Assembly (NCBI GenBank): GCA_048940645.1
Contig: JBHLOI010000019.1
Span: 1-57,023 of the forward strand
Source: Promethearchaeota archaeon
GTDB lineage: Archaea; Asgardarchaeota; Lokiarchaeia; Sigyniarchaeales; SOKP01
Direction: 5' to 3'
Length of the DNA stretch: 57,023 bases
Shown: one piece after another, positions 18,190 through 29,204 of the stretch
Numbering within the stretch: the stretch's first letter is position 1
Layout of the letters: each line of letters opens with the position of its first letter
Translations under genes and position numbers: made by a program
Notes under the pieces: model-generated
Database searches by the model: none
Seen by the model: the letters and a program-made list of their open reading frames with translations, nothing else
What the model was told of the DNA's origin: nothing

Positions 18190-19221
18190 TCAATATTTCG
18201 CTATTTTATGATTAAAACTATCTTCTGAATTCGTATTTATGTTTTCTTTTTCTGAGGATTTAAAGTTTACAAGAGTGATTCCTAAAATTACAAATAGTAA
18301 GGAAAAAGGATATACCAAAACATCAAAATTTTCTTGAAGAAAGATTGCAGAAAATAAAACACCAAATAAAGGAACCAGTGTCTGAAAAATGGCTGCCCGG
18401 CTAGCATCTAATCGCTTAATTCCTTCTAAATAAAATGTATATGCTCCAATTGTAGAAAGAAATGCCAAGTATGCAATTCCAAACCAAACTCGGGGAGGAA
18501 CATATATATACATTATAGGATTAAGATATTGTGGGCTTATAATTAAAGCTATAGGAGCTGTAATTATTAATCCAAAGAATGATACCCATGTTATAATCCA
18601 TAGTGAGGAAGGTTGCCCATTTTCATTTTCTTTTCTATTTAAGTTCATAAAATGACGGGAAATAACACTATATGACGCATAGGATAAAGCACCCACTAAA
18701 ATTAAAATATCACCAAGAATCCGATTCGGTACATCTACATTTGGAGAATAACCAACAACGATTATAACTGCGAAAAAAGCTAGCAATGTACCAATAATTT
18801 TTTTCCATGTAAAGGATTCTGTTTTTAAAAATTTGCTGGAAAGAATAACAACCCAAATAGCGTTTGTTGCGACCATTATGCTGGCATCACTTGCAGCAGT
18901 AAATAACTCACCCAAAAGATAACCTGTTTGATAAATTGTTACAGACAGTAAGCCCATTAAAGTTAAAATTCTCCAATTTTCCTTAGCAAATTTCCAATTT
19001 AAAGTTCCTTCTTTATATTTAAGAATAAGAAAAAAACATATTATAGCCAAGAAATAACGAATTACTGCGATCATAAGTGGTGGGATGGTAGCTCCTCCAA
19101 CCTCTTCAGATACTAACCATCGGCCTAACGGCCAAGTACCTCCCCAGATAACAGCGGTTAAGATTAATAAGATATATGCTCCAATTTCCTCTTTTTTATT
19201 AGAATTTGATTTCGAATTCAA
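18190..19221 (-). CDS. DMT/EamA-family transporter
   Basis: About 10 TM; IWGGTW, GDILIL, YLAFLST, EGIKRL.AS.A. Confidence 0.9.
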   Translation of the reverse strand: MNSKSNSNKKEEIGAYILLILTAVIWGGTWPLGRWLVSEEVGGATIPPLMIAVIRYFLAIICFFLILKYKEGTLNWKFAKENWRILTLMGLLSVTIYQTGYLLGELFTAASDASIMVATNAIWVVILSSKFLKTESFTWKKIIGTLLAFFAVIIVVGYSPNVDVPNRILGDILILVGALSYASYSVISRHFMNLNRKENENGQPSSLWIITWVSFFGLIITAPIALIISPQYLNPIMYIYVPPRVWFGIAYLAFLSTIGAYTFYLEGIKRLDASRAAIFQTLVPLFGVLFSAIFLQENFDVLVYPFSLLFVILGITLVNFKSSEKENINTNSEDSFNHKIAKY

Positions 19222-19360
19222 TAAGGCTTCTCCTATCCAAAATTTAAATTAATCTCAAAATAAGATTTTAGATAATAATTATGTAAAATTATTGGTTACA
19301 TAAATAGATTTAATCTCTAAGGGATAATTATTCGATCAATACGTTCTATATATATAACCC

Positions 19361-19708
19361 TTAGATATACATCTCTTCAGGAGGAGGTTTATAGTATGGT
19401 GTTCTATATCCATACATCTCTCGTAATATTTCCCTTATAGTCCTAAAATCAGTTGTTCTAAAAATATCGTTCCAATCTATATTTCGGGGATTATATCCTG
19501 CTTGATCATAGATTCTACGTTTGATAGGATCGATTAATGTATCATATGCTTCCTTTATTTCGATGAATTTATCCTTTGCATAAGGATCACTCTTATTAAT
19601 ATCTGGATGATATTTTTTGGCCAGTTTCCTATATGCTAGTTTAATCTCCTTTTCAGTCGCATCTTTTTCAATCCCTAAAAGATCATAATAATCTGTATTC
19701 TTAGTCAT
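19361..19708 (-). CDS. Small J-domain (DnaJ-like) protein
   Basis: DYYDLLGI...[16 protein letters not shown]...F.EI.EAY.TL.D; likely ATG at 19708. Confidence 0.9.
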   Translation of the reverse strand: MTKNTDYYDLLGIEKDATEKEIKLAYRKLAKKYHPDINKSDPYAKDKFIEIKEAYDTLIDPIKRRIYDQAGYNPRNIDWNDIFRTTDFRTIREILREMYGYRTPYYKPPPEEMYI

Positions 19709-19925
19709 CTCTCTTTGTATTAAAAGAAAATTAGGATATTTAAAGATAGAGCTGATGTAATATTGAATTTTTAACACCCTTTTTTTAGTTTAGAAGTAAT
19801 TTAATGAATTCTTTTTTGAGGTATAAACAAATTAATAGAAATAATAAATGGACAAATTTGTATTGGAATTGGTGAAATTCTTAAACCATTTTTATTTTAT
19901 GAAAAATATTTAAACTATTAAGAAA

Positions 19926-21389
19926 ATGAAAATATGTTTTATTAATCCGGCGCCTCGTTCATACATAACTGAAAGAGGACATGAAACTACTGGGGCGTAT
20001 CCACCCTTAGGAATTCTTTATATTATGGGTTATTTGAAACGAGAAGGATATGATTCTACACTTATCGATCAACATGCCACTAAAATTCCTACTACTCAAG
20101 TTCTTGAAAAAGTAAAAAAAATAGATCCTGAAATTATAGGATTTAACACCTTGACAGATATAAATCATGGTATGCGGGCTACTTTTATAGCTAAAATTAT
20201 AAAAGAATGGAATCCAAATTTAAAAATTGCATTTGGTAACTGCCATGCTACCTTTAACCATAATAGAATTTTAAATAAATATCCTTTTGTAGATATCTGT
20301 GTTAGGGGAGAGGGAGAAATAACATTTTATGAATTAATTAGAGCTATAGAAAAGAATAGAGATTTAAAAAATGTTCTAGGGATTACTTATCGTGAAAATG
20401 GAAAAATTCATATTAATCCAGATCGGCCTTTAATCAAAAATCTTGATGAGTTGCCATTTCCTGATAGAGATGCTTGCAAAGATATTAATTATCGCCAAAA
20501 TTATGGTGGATTCAATGCAGATTACGGAAGATTTATCACTATTCAATCAAGTAGAGGGTGTACATTTAATTGTGCCTTTTGTTGTCAAAGTAAATTATCC
20601 AAAAGGCAATGGAGGGCTAGATCCATTTCCTATGTTATAGATGAGCTAGATTGGTTAGATAGTGAAGGCTACACAAATCTTTACTGGGTAGATGATAATT
20701 TTACTAATAATCCTCGCAGAGCTATCCAGTTATTTCGAGAAATTCAAAGGAATAAGTTTGACTTTATCTGGGTTTGTGATCAGCGTGTAGATCTTGTAAG
20801 TGATTTATTACTTTATGAGATGCGAAAAGCAGGATGTCGATCAATCGCTTTTGGCATAGAAAGCGCAAACCAAAGAATACTTAATTACTTCAATAAAGGA
20901 ATCACTCCAAAAATGGCGATTGAAGCAACTAAAAAGGCAAAAAAAAGAAATATTGACTTTATTTTAGGTACTTTTATTGTTGGAGCACCCACTGAAAGTT
21001 TCGAAGAAATTAAAAAAACCCTATCCTTTGCCCAAAAATTAGAGATTGATTTTCCACAATTTCATATTTATGGTGCAATTCCCGGAACAGAAGTTTGGGA
21101 TAATTTAGTCCGTGAAAAGAAAATTGATCCAGAGAAATACTGGGAAAATGGTGTTAAAACTTTAGTCCCACCTCTAAAAATTGTAGAAAGAGAAGTAAAG
21201 GATGCCTATTTTAAGTTCCTTATGCGTCCAAAATACCTTCTTAACCAAAATTTGCGAACACTAAAAAGCCTTCATAGATGGAAAATTATATTATCAAATC
21301 TCAAATATATTTCCCACTACAGAAACTTCAAAATATTTTATAATTTTATCAGTGGTGAAACATGGACTCACGGAGACAAACAAGAATAA
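19926..21389 (+). CDS. B12-binding radical SAM protein
   Basis: YPPLG, RGEGE, SRGCTFNCAFC, DDNF, FGIES. Confidence 0.92.
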   Translation: MKICFINPAPRSYITERGHETTGAYPPLGILYIMGYLKREGYDSTLIDQHATKIPTTQVLEKVKKIDPEIIGFNTLTDINHGMRATFIAKIIKEWNPNLKIAFGNCHATFNHNRILNKYPFVDICVRGEGEITFYELIRAIEKNRDLKNVLGITYRENGKIHINPDRPLIKNLDELPFPDRDACKDINYRQNYGGFNADYGRFITIQSSRGCTFNCAFCCQSKLSKRQWRARSISYVIDELDWLDSEGYTNLYWVDDNFTNNPRRAIQLFREIQRNKFDFIWVCDQRVDLVSDLLLYEMRKAGCRSIAFGIESANQRILNYFNKGITPKMAIEATKKAKKRNIDFILGTFIVGAPTESFEEIKKTLSFAQKLEIDFPQFHIYGAIPGTEVWDNLVREKKIDPEKYWENGVKTLVPPLKIVEREVKDAYFKFLMRPKYLLNQNLRTLKSLHRWKIILSNLKYISHYRNFKIFYNFISGETWTHGDKQE

Positions 21390-21412
21390 TTACTAAAATT
21401 TTAAGATTTAGT

Positions 21413-22519
21413 TCAATTTTTACTTTTTCTTAGTTTGGTTGCCAAAATAAAGCTCATTGCACTAATACCTGTCTTTAAAGAAGCTTTTGCACCGAATTTT
21501 AGATACATTGCTCTAAATAGAAATCCAAATAATATACTTCCTCCTATTATAGGAATCCATATAGTAATAACATTTAATTGATCCACAAAAAGAATATATA
21601 ATACATTATGCCCTAGGTATATTGTAAATGAATAATATGAGTAAAAGTATAGATATCTATAACTTTTTTTTGTTTTAATGAGCTCAAATATCTGAATTGC
21701 CGTAAAAAACGATAAGATAATTAATATAATTCCTAATGAATAAGCAAATGCTGAAATTGTATTAAAAAACAAAAAATCTGGAAAGAAGTTTATAATTCCA
21801 AAAATTAATAATATTGTTCCGAAAATTGAAGTAGGAATTATGAATTTATTCTTAAACAATAATTTCCTTTCATTTTGATCTTCTACAATGTTTATTTCAG
21901 AAATTCTATCTCCTACAACAGTTCCAATAAGAAAAACACTAAAATACATTAAGATGGGATATTGAGTTAAAGGATTATAAAGTAAATGAAATAAGCTTCC
22001 TCCAAAATTGGGTTGCTCTTGGTAAGGCAATAAAATTCCCAAAATAAAGTAATTTAATACAAATATAAAAATTCCAAAAAATGTTCTGAAAGTTTTTGAT
22101 GTTCTTATAAACGGCCAAGTTAATATTAATGAAAAACCTATTGTTTGTAAAACAAGCCAACTCCAAAGATCTGTAATATCACCTCCCCATAAAACAGCAA
22201 CTAAAAAATTGTAGATAAATCCGATTAATAGTATAATAATAGCTCTTAAAAAGTATACATCTCTTACTGTGAGCCTATTAAAATCAGTTAAAGCCTTAAG
22301 TTTTAATTCATTGCTTCTAAAAGCTAAAGCAGCACTTGCTCCTGAAATGAACAAAAATCCTGTGGCCCCAATTGATTCTAAAAAACCAAATAACCACTGA
22401 CGAAGCCAATCATCACTTTGTATTAGCCACCAATCAATCATGTGCCCATATATCATAATCCACATGCAAAATCCACGAATAGTATCAAGACCCCTAATTC
22501 TTTCCATTATAATCATCAA
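21413..22519 (-). CDS. Membrane acyltransferase-like protein (HGSNAT/DUF1624-like)
   Basis: RI.GLD.IRG...MIYGH, FLFISG, VLQTIG, YSFTIYLGH. Confidence 0.7.
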   Translation of the reverse strand: MMIIMERIRGLDTIRGFCMWIMIYGHMIDWWLIQSDDWLRQWLFGFLESIGATGFLFISGASAALAFRSNELKLKALTDFNRLTVRDVYFLRAIIILLIGFIYNFLVAVLWGGDITDLWSWLVLQTIGFSLILTWPFIRTSKTFRTFFGIFIFVLNYFILGILLPYQEQPNFGGSLFHLLYNPLTQYPILMYFSVFLIGTVVGDRISEINIVEDQNERKLLFKNKFIIPTSIFGTILLIFGIINFFPDFLFFNTISAFAYSLGIILIILSFFTAIQIFELIKTKKSYRYLYFYSYYSFTIYLGHNVLYILFVDQLNVITIWIPIIGGSILFGFLFRAMYLKFGAKASLKTGISAMSFILATKLRKSKN

Positions 22520-22616
22520 CCATCAGAATAATCAATTGAAATTCTGAATTTTTATTAAGATTTAATAAGAAATAGGATTCAACTTTTTAAAGGTTTAAGA
22601 AAAATGCTTTTCTAAT

Positions 22617-22660
22617 TTACAATTTTGTAGAATATTACAATTTTGTAAAAGATTTTACAA
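22617..22660. promoter_or_regulatory. Tandem quasi-palindromic boxes
   Basis: TTACAATTTTGTA at 22617 and 22635; partial third copy at 22655. Confidence 0.45.
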
Positions 22661-22682
22661 GAATTAACAAAAATGGGGTACG

Positions 22683-23780
22683 TTAATACTTTTTGCCTTT
22701 ATTAATTTTAGTTGCTATTATAAAACTTAATACTGTTATTCCAGTTTTCAAAGAAAGTTTAGGTCCTGCTTTTATAAACATGGTTCTGAGTAAAATGGTT
22801 AAAATACTCATAGTTACAATAATGGGAATCCAAAAACTCACTACGTCTAATCGATCCATAAACAAAAAATATAATAAATTATGTCCTAAATAGATGGTAA
22901 ATGAGTAGTATGAGTAGAAGAACATGATATTATAATTTTTTCTGGTTCTAATAATTTGAAATTCTTCTAGTGAAATTAGCAATGAAAATACAAATAAAAT
23001 GATTCCAATAGAATAAATAAATGAGGGAAATGTATTACGAGAAATAAAAGTAGGAAACTGAAATAATACTCCAATTGGTACTAATATGCCCCCGAGTATT
23101 AATATTCCAATTAAAAAATTATTCCTAACCATAGTTTTCCTTTCCTTCTCATTATCAAGAAGAGTGATTTTGAAAACGAAATCTCCAACAACAGTACCAA
23201 ATAAAAACATAGTAAAGAATGAAATCAGTGTAAATTGATTAAGAGGATTGTATAAAATATGAAATAAAATCCCATATAAATTAAAAACTCCTTCAAAATT
23301 CCTTAAAAATGCTAAGAGTAATTCATTAATTAGCAATAATGTAATCCCAACAAAAATTCTAAACATTTTCGAGGTTTTTAAAAATGGCCACACCAAAATG
23401 AGAGAGACTGCAATAGTTTGTAAAACATTCCAACTCCATATATCTGAAATATCACCAAATCTAAAAACCAAGAAAATATTATATAATAAAGCAATCAATA
23501 GAAGTATAAACGCTCTAAAAAGGTAAATATTTTTTATACTTTTCCAATTTAATTCATTTGAATCTTTGAGCTTTAACTGATTGTTTTTATACGATAAAGC
23601 TGCACTAACGCCCGAAATAAATAGAAAACCTGTAGCACCAATGGGTTCAAAAATAATATGTATTAAATCTCTAAACCAATAAGCTTCAGAAACTAACCAC
23701 CAATCACATAGATGAAGAAAAACCATCAAAAAAATATGCAATCCGCGTAGAAAGTCTATACTCTTAAATCTTTTCTTCAT
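22683..23780 (-). CDS. Membrane acyltransferase-like protein (tandem paralog of 21413)
   Basis: RFKSIDFLRG, IGATGFLFISG and YSYYSFTIYLGHN shared with the neighbour. Confidence 0.7.
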   Translation of the reverse strand: MKKRFKSIDFLRGLHIFLMVFLHLCDWWLVSEAYWFRDLIHIIFEPIGATGFLFISGVSAALSYKNNQLKLKDSNELNWKSIKNIYLFRAFILLLIALLYNIFLVFRFGDISDIWSWNVLQTIAVSLILVWPFLKTSKMFRIFVGITLLLINELLLAFLRNFEGVFNLYGILFHILYNPLNQFTLISFFTMFLFGTVVGDFVFKITLLDNEKERKTMVRNNFLIGILILGGILVPIGVLFQFPTFISRNTFPSFIYSIGIILFVFSLLISLEEFQIIRTRKNYNIMFFYSYYSFTIYLGHNLLYFLFMDRLDVVSFWIPIIVTMSILTILLRTMFIKAGPKLSLKTGITVLSFIIATKINKGKKY

Positions 23781-23869
23781 GAATTTAGTTCCTTAAAAAA
23801 CCACATTTTTGTATAAAGATACGTTCTTTAATAATAATAATTTTATGGAAACCTAAGACTTTTCATATG

Positions 23870-24715
23870 CTATAATAATAAAAATAACTCAAGCAAAAAA
23901 GTGTCTATTTTCAAATCTTTTAATAATTTCATATTATTAAAGAGGTATGCATACATATTTTCTTCACTGAAATATTTCAAGCATAAATTATTGCCTTTCA
24001 CATCCTTTAAAATATCAATAATATCAGTAAGTAATAATTTCAAATATTTTATAACTAAAATTGTATCACATCTAATTAGTTTTTCATCGATAATGTTAAA
24101 CCAAGATTTTTTAGAAAAAGTTATATTTTTCATTTCAGCTTGATTTTTAAAAACTTCTTGATTTCTTAAGGATTTAAATTTTTCTTCAATCCTGTTTAGA
24201 ATTAAATTCTTAGATTTTGTATACATTTTGTTTTCGATTATATTTCTAATTAAAATTAATATTTGCTGAAATATTCCAAGAATATCGAAGAAATCAGCCA
24301 CCTGAGCTAAAGTCTCTACTTCCTCCCATTGATTGTAATAATCTTCAATAACCTTAATAAAAGGTGCAAAAATCCCGATATTTCCGTCCCAGATTTTTAT
24401 CCTCTTTAATAAAATTAATTCAAATTCTTTGATAAAGGCTTCTTTTATTGCATTTAATCTTCCCATTAAGATCTCTGTTTTAATAAGCTTTGTTCCTGCT
24501 GCTACGAAAAGTAAGTTATAGTCTTGTGCTAATGTATATATCCATTTAAGTCCCCCCATTTCTATAGAATCTAGTGATTGGTGAAACTCTTCCATAGAAA
24601 AATGATGAAAGGCGGTTAAAAAGCCAGAAACTATATCTTCATCTGCATCAGTTTTTAAAAATGATTTATATAATAATTTTACTCCTGAATCGCTATCAAG
24701 AATCCAAATAATCAT
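23870..24715 (-). CDS. Longin-domain protein
   Basis: IWILDSDSGVKLLY...DIVSGFLTAF..FS.E.....LDSIEMGG. Confidence 0.65.
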   Translation of the reverse strand: MIIWILDSDSGVKLLYKSFLKTDADEDIVSGFLTAFHHFSMEEFHQSLDSIEMGGLKWIYTLAQDYNLLFVAAGTKLIKTEILMGRLNAIKEAFIKEFELILLKRIKIWDGNIGIFAPFIKVIEDYYNQWEEVETLAQVADFFDILGIFQQILILIRNIIENKMYTKSKNLILNRIEEKFKSLRNQEVFKNQAEMKNITFSKKSWFNIIDEKLIRCDTILVIKYLKLLLTDIIDILKDVKGNNLCLKYFSEENMYAYLFNNMKLLKDLKIDTFLLELFLLL

Positions 24716-24925
24716 GATTAAATAGTAACTTTAATTATTGCTTAAAATTCTTATACACTTAGATTTAAAATAAATTTTTCATTCTATTTAGGTTATTAGA
24801 TTAGTTATTAATAACAAAATCATTCTCGCGGAATTATTTTGCTGTTATCTTCTCTTTGTTAGTAAAAGAATAGATAATAAAATATTTAAACTTAAGATAA
24901 TAAATCTCGAATCCAAAAGTAATGG

Positions 24926-25567
24926 TTAAATTTGTCTTAAAGGTAATAAATTTCCACATTTATGGCATTTTGTGTAAAATCTTTTAATTTTTACTCCGCA
25001 ATGAATACATTTTAGGATATTTGAATCTTGATTTATTTCATAGAATTTAGTATCACAATTTTCCTGATAATATCCCTCATACATAATCTCCCTTATCCAT
25101 TCTAGATATGGAATCCAAACTAGTGAATTTTCTGGCTTTATATAAATATCTCCATTTTTTGAGTAATAAATATATTTTTTTGGGTAAAATTCCATTTTCT
25201 TCTGATATTTTCGACTTTGAAAATTATACTTTAATAAAATGCCAATAATTAAAATTAGTAGAGAGAAATTAACCCAAAAGTTTTCAATTATCACCCACAT
25301 TAAAGAAAAAGCTGTAATTATATAGAAAATAGATTCAATATTTTTCCTTTTGTAATTTTTATTAAATCTCTTCCATCTTTGGAACTCTAGACTACATTTT
25401 AAACAAACAGGTATATAAACTTTTGATTTACTTTTTCTAAATTTCTTAATCTTAATTTTTTGAATCTCATTAATAGGATAAGGAATTAAATTCCTATTAC
25501 CTTCACATTTAAAACACTTTAAAAATTTTAAAGCGCTTTCAATTTCAATTTTATTATTGGAGAACAA
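24926..25567 (-). CDS. Membrane protein with zinc-ribbon motifs
   Basis: CFKC..CLKC, 2 TM, C-terminal CIHCG...CHKCG. Confidence 0.65.
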   Translation of the reverse strand: MFSNNKIEIESALKFLKCFKCEGNRNLIPYPINEIQKIKIKKFRKSKSKVYIPVCLKCSLEFQRWKRFNKNYKRKNIESIFYIITAFSLMWVIIENFWVNFSLLILIIGILLKYNFQSRKYQKKMEFYPKKYIYYSKNGDIYIKPENSLVWIPYLEWIREIMYEGYYQENCDTKFYEINQDSNILKCIHCGVKIKRFYTKCHKCGNLLPLRQI

Positions 25568-25952
25568 TTTTCTTTCTAAATTTATAATTGTTTTTAAAAA
25601 CTTTTTTCATTAACAAACATTAATTGGAAATTTAATAATGTTATGATCTTATTTAATTATACTTCATTAGTTTCATCTTCAAGGAAAATGATCCTATAAC
25701 ATACTGTACTTGATTTAGGGAGAACACTTTCATTTAGTAATTAAATTAATATAAAAGTCATTTTATTTTTTTTGTCCTTTTTTGCTATTACGTAAAATTA
25801 AATTACCGAATTTTTTTTAATTATAAAATTATCATTAATAAGTTACCATTTAATTCTCCTAAAATGTCAATTTGAGAATAATTAGGAGTGTTTTAATGAT
25901 TAATTTTTGACATTACAAATAATGTCTATAATGGAATAACAGGGTTATTTAA

Positions 25953-27725
25953 TTGGTAGAGCCGTCAATTATCAAAATAGATTACAAATTTAAAAGTACA
26001 AGAATATTAGTCGAAAATCTTGTAGCATTTCTTACTATTAAAAGGATTAGTCATCTTTCTGTTCTCCTAAATCCAATTTGTATTATTTGTGGTATTTCAT
26101 ATCTGATACTGCCCATCTATACGATTTTTTGGGATATATTTGGCATATTGATAATTGTTACCTTAATTTTAAATAGTTTACTCGTTTATCTTAGCTCTCT
26201 TAAAGTGAATAAAGCGACTAAATTAGGTAAAAAGTTAAATTTGATTTGCTATGTGTATTTAGTATTTATGATTCTTGCTTTAATGGCTATTATCGGAGGA
26301 AATTTACTTATTTATGCAAATTATACAAATTCAGTAATCAATAGTCTCGGGGGATATTTTTTAATTTACTTCTTTTATATCAGCTTATTTGCATTCAGTT
26401 TTCTAATTGCTTTATTTGATATTAAACATATCAACAATAGAATATTATGGAATTCAGAAAATAATATTGATAAAGCATTTTCTAATAGGCGTTTTAAAAG
26501 AGTCTTAAAAAGAATTCTGACAGCTCTCAGTAGTATTACCTTCATTATTGGGGGTTTGTGCGCATTTGTTACATTATTTGGCTCATTTGAAATAGTCACT
26601 ACTATTTTTGCTATGTTTTCTTCTCAATTTGGAGTGTTTTTCTCTTTAATTTTTCTTGCTAACATGCTTTTACTATTCAAGCTAAAGAAACACAAATGGA
26701 AGCCTAAAAAGATTAAAAGAAAAACGATAATAGGGCTACTTATTTCATTTGTAATGCTTTTACCTTTATTATTAACACATCTTACTATTTTTACTGCAAA
26801 TAAAAACTTTTCAAACGCATTTGGCGAAGATTGGCAAAGTAAAATCCCTGCTAATGTAAATAATTACTTATTGAAAACTCCGTTTACAACCCCAGGATAC
26901 TTTTTAGGAATTCCTCCCAAAAACTGCTTGGTCGAAGAACATACCTTATTTTATGATGAAGAGGGGATTAACCTTTATTTTGATGCTTATATGCCCTTAA
27001 AAAAAGGAGCGGGCCTTCCAGGACAGAATTCAACAATTTTAAGCATCCATGGTGGCGGCTGGATATTAGGGGATAAGGGGGGCTCAGATAGAATTCCATT
27101 TAATAAATATTTAGCAGCTCAAGGATACGTTGTATTCGATATCCAATATGGCTTATTTGATTCGTTTCTAACACCAATAGACCCAGTTACGCCAAAATAT
27201 ACTAAAGGAGATTTTAATATTGATGATATGGTACGGCATATAGGTATTTTCACAAATTATCTTGCTAAAAATGCCCAAAGATATGGTGCTAACTTGGATT
27301 CTGTTTTTGTTACCGGAGGTTCTTCAGGGGGACATCTTACTTGCGCTACCGGTTTAGCTATAGCAAATGGTAATTATTCAGATATTCTTAATTCTACTCT
27401 CATAATAAGAGGAATTATACCTTATTACCCAGCAAATGGGATGGCATCTTGGTTTGGGATTGATGGTAGAGAAGAATTTAAAAATCCTGAGATATTGATA
27501 GAAGAAACTAGTCCTCCTTGTTTAATTTTCCAAGGAACTCATGATATTTTAAATTATTTTGGTATAGCAACTAATATCAGAGACATCTATTTATCCCACA
27601 ATAATGAACAATGTGCTATTATTTGGATGCCTTTAGGAGGACATGGATGCGATTTTTATTATCCCGGATATTATACGCAAATATTCTTGTATTATATGGA
27701 ACGGTTTTTATATCTCTATCATTAA
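25953..27725 (+). CDS. Membrane-anchored alpha/beta hydrolase (esterase/lipase)
   Basis: N-terminal multi-TM region; HGGGW, GGSSGGH, QGTHD, GH. Confidence 0.85.
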   Translation: MVEPSIIKIDYKFKSTRILVENLVAFLTIKRISHLSVLLNPICIICGISYLILPIYTIFWDIFGILIIVTLILNSLLVYLSSLKVNKATKLGKKLNLICYVYLVFMILALMAIIGGNLLIYANYTNSVINSLGGYFLIYFFYISLFAFSFLIALFDIKHINNRILWNSENNIDKAFSNRRFKRVLKRILTALSSITFIIGGLCAFVTLFGSFEIVTTIFAMFSSQFGVFFSLIFLANMLLLFKLKKHKWKPKKIKRKTIIGLLISFVMLLPLLLTHLTIFTANKNFSNAFGEDWQSKIPANVNNYLLKTPFTTPGYFLGIPPKNCLVEEHTLFYDEEGINLYFDAYMPLKKGAGLPGQNSTILSIHGGGWILGDKGGSDRIPFNKYLAAQGYVVFDIQYGLFDSFLTPIDPVTPKYTKGDFNIDDMVRHIGIFTNYLAKNAQRYGANLDSVFVTGGSSGGHLTCATGLAIANGNYSDILNSTLIIRGIIPYYPANGMASWFGIDGREEFKNPEILIEETSPPCLIFQGTHDILNYFGIATNIRDIYLSHNNEQCAIIWMPLGGHGCDFYYPGYYTQIFLYYMERFLYLYH

Positions 27726-27732
27726 AATATTC

Positions 27733-28551
27733 TTAATTTCTTACATAACTTCTCGGATTCTTTTTATTATTTTGATAAAAAAATAATAATGCAAGACTAT
27801 TTGTAGTCAAATGCAATATCCAAGGGTATAATAATCCCAATTGAATTAAAGCAAAGAAGTATATAATGGATGATAATAACGTAGAGAGAAAATGAACCCA
27901 ATTTTTCGAAGAGGAGTAATGAAGAATTCCAAATATTAATGATATAACGAGAATGGCTGTAAAGAGGTTCCAATTCAAATAATTTACAATAACTGTTAAT
28001 AATAAACTTCTAAAAATGAGTTCTTCGACGAAGGCAGCCATAGGAAGTAAAAGAATTAAAATAATCAACTTTCTTTTATTAAAATCCTCAACAAAATATC
28101 CAATATAATTATCCAGTTGAGGTTCTTTAATTAAATTAGTAAGTTTTTTATAAAAAAATCTAATTGGTAATAGTTTTAAGATTGTTAATGATAAATAGAA
28201 AAAAAATAATAGAATATCATGATTGAGCTTTATTCCAATTAAACTATCATATGAAATAAAAATTGCAGGTAAAAAGGATTTATAGAAAAAGAGAACTTCT
28301 ATTATAAAAAATATTGAAATTAGAATAAGGATTAAATGAATGACTTTTACAGAAAAGTTGTTGTCTATTTTTTTATTGTAAATAAATGAGTAAAGTAACA
28401 AAATAATGATTGAAAAACATATTAAGATTGCTCCAATAACACTATCATAAGAAGAATGAAAAAACCAGAAGAAAAAGAACAAAAAAATTATAAAATTGTA
28501 AAGGATTGTCCTTATAATCTTCTGTTCTGTTTTTATCATATTAATCGACAT
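27733..28551 (-). CDS. CPBP (Abi/CAAX) intramembrane protease
   Basis: EELIFR, FGILH, ILH.T.N. Confidence 0.85.
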   Translation of the reverse strand: MSINMIKTEQKIIRTILYNFIIFLFFFFWFFHSSYDSVIGAILICFSIIILLLYSFIYNKKIDNNFSVKVIHLILILISIFFIIEVLFFYKSFLPAIFISYDSLIGIKLNHDILLFFFYLSLTILKLLPIRFFYKKLTNLIKEPQLDNYIGYFVEDFNKRKLIILILLLPMAAFVEELIFRSLLLTVIVNYLNWNLFTAILVISLIFGILHYSSSKNWVHFLSTLLSSIIYFFALIQLGLLYPWILHLTTNSLALLFFYQNNKKNPRSYVRN

Positions 28552-28641
28552 TATAAAAAATTTAGATTCTAAAAAAGAAAAGGGTACATTTTTTTATTTG
28601 TTTTTTGACTAGAAATTTAAAAATAAAACATTATAGAGGAA

Positions 28642-28998
28642 TTGAAAATGGGTGATGAGTACAGTCTTAATAAAGAAGAACTTGAATTATTTTATGATGT
28701 TCTTTTTAAAAAAATAATGGAATTAATGAAAAAGCCTGGAATTGACATAGATCCGTTTGGAGAGATGATAACAATCTTGAGTACGTTAAGTGGAATATTT
28801 AGCTTTAAAACCATGATTTCTATAATACCCGAATTAGTAGCTTTTGCAATTAGATATGGAATGATGGTTGAGAAGTCTTATGAAGACGATCGCATGAGTT
28901 CAACTGAAGATTTGCAAGGATTAGATGAAGAAGAGAAACAGATAAAACGTATTTCTAAATTAAAAGATGATATCGATAAATTAAGCATTTATTTATAA
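28642..28998 (+). CDS. Hypothetical helical protein ending in IYL
   Basis: 118-aa ORF; no family recognised. Confidence 0.6.
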   Translation: MKMGDEYSLNKEELELFYDVLFKKIMELMKKPGIDIDPFGEMITILSTLSGIFSFKTMISIIPELVAFAIRYGMMVEKSYEDDRMSSTEDLQGLDEEEKQIKRISKLKDDIDKLSIYL

Positions 28999-29204
28999 TA
29001 AAAAAAAGAAATTAATTTTTTAATTACTTATTTTATTCACGTTTTTTAAGTATTCCCTGAATACCAGAAAAATGACTATGTCATTTTTTTATAGAGGTAT
29101 TATTATCTTCTATTGAAATTACAATTTTGTTAATAGTCCTTTTAATAAACCAAAAGTATTAATTCATAATTTAAATTAGTCATTACTAAAACGAAAATAA
29201 AGAA

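Noticed and set aside
25655-25735. 26-codon minus-strand ORF (MKVFSLNQ...)
   Set aside because: Too short, with no motif or supporting signal
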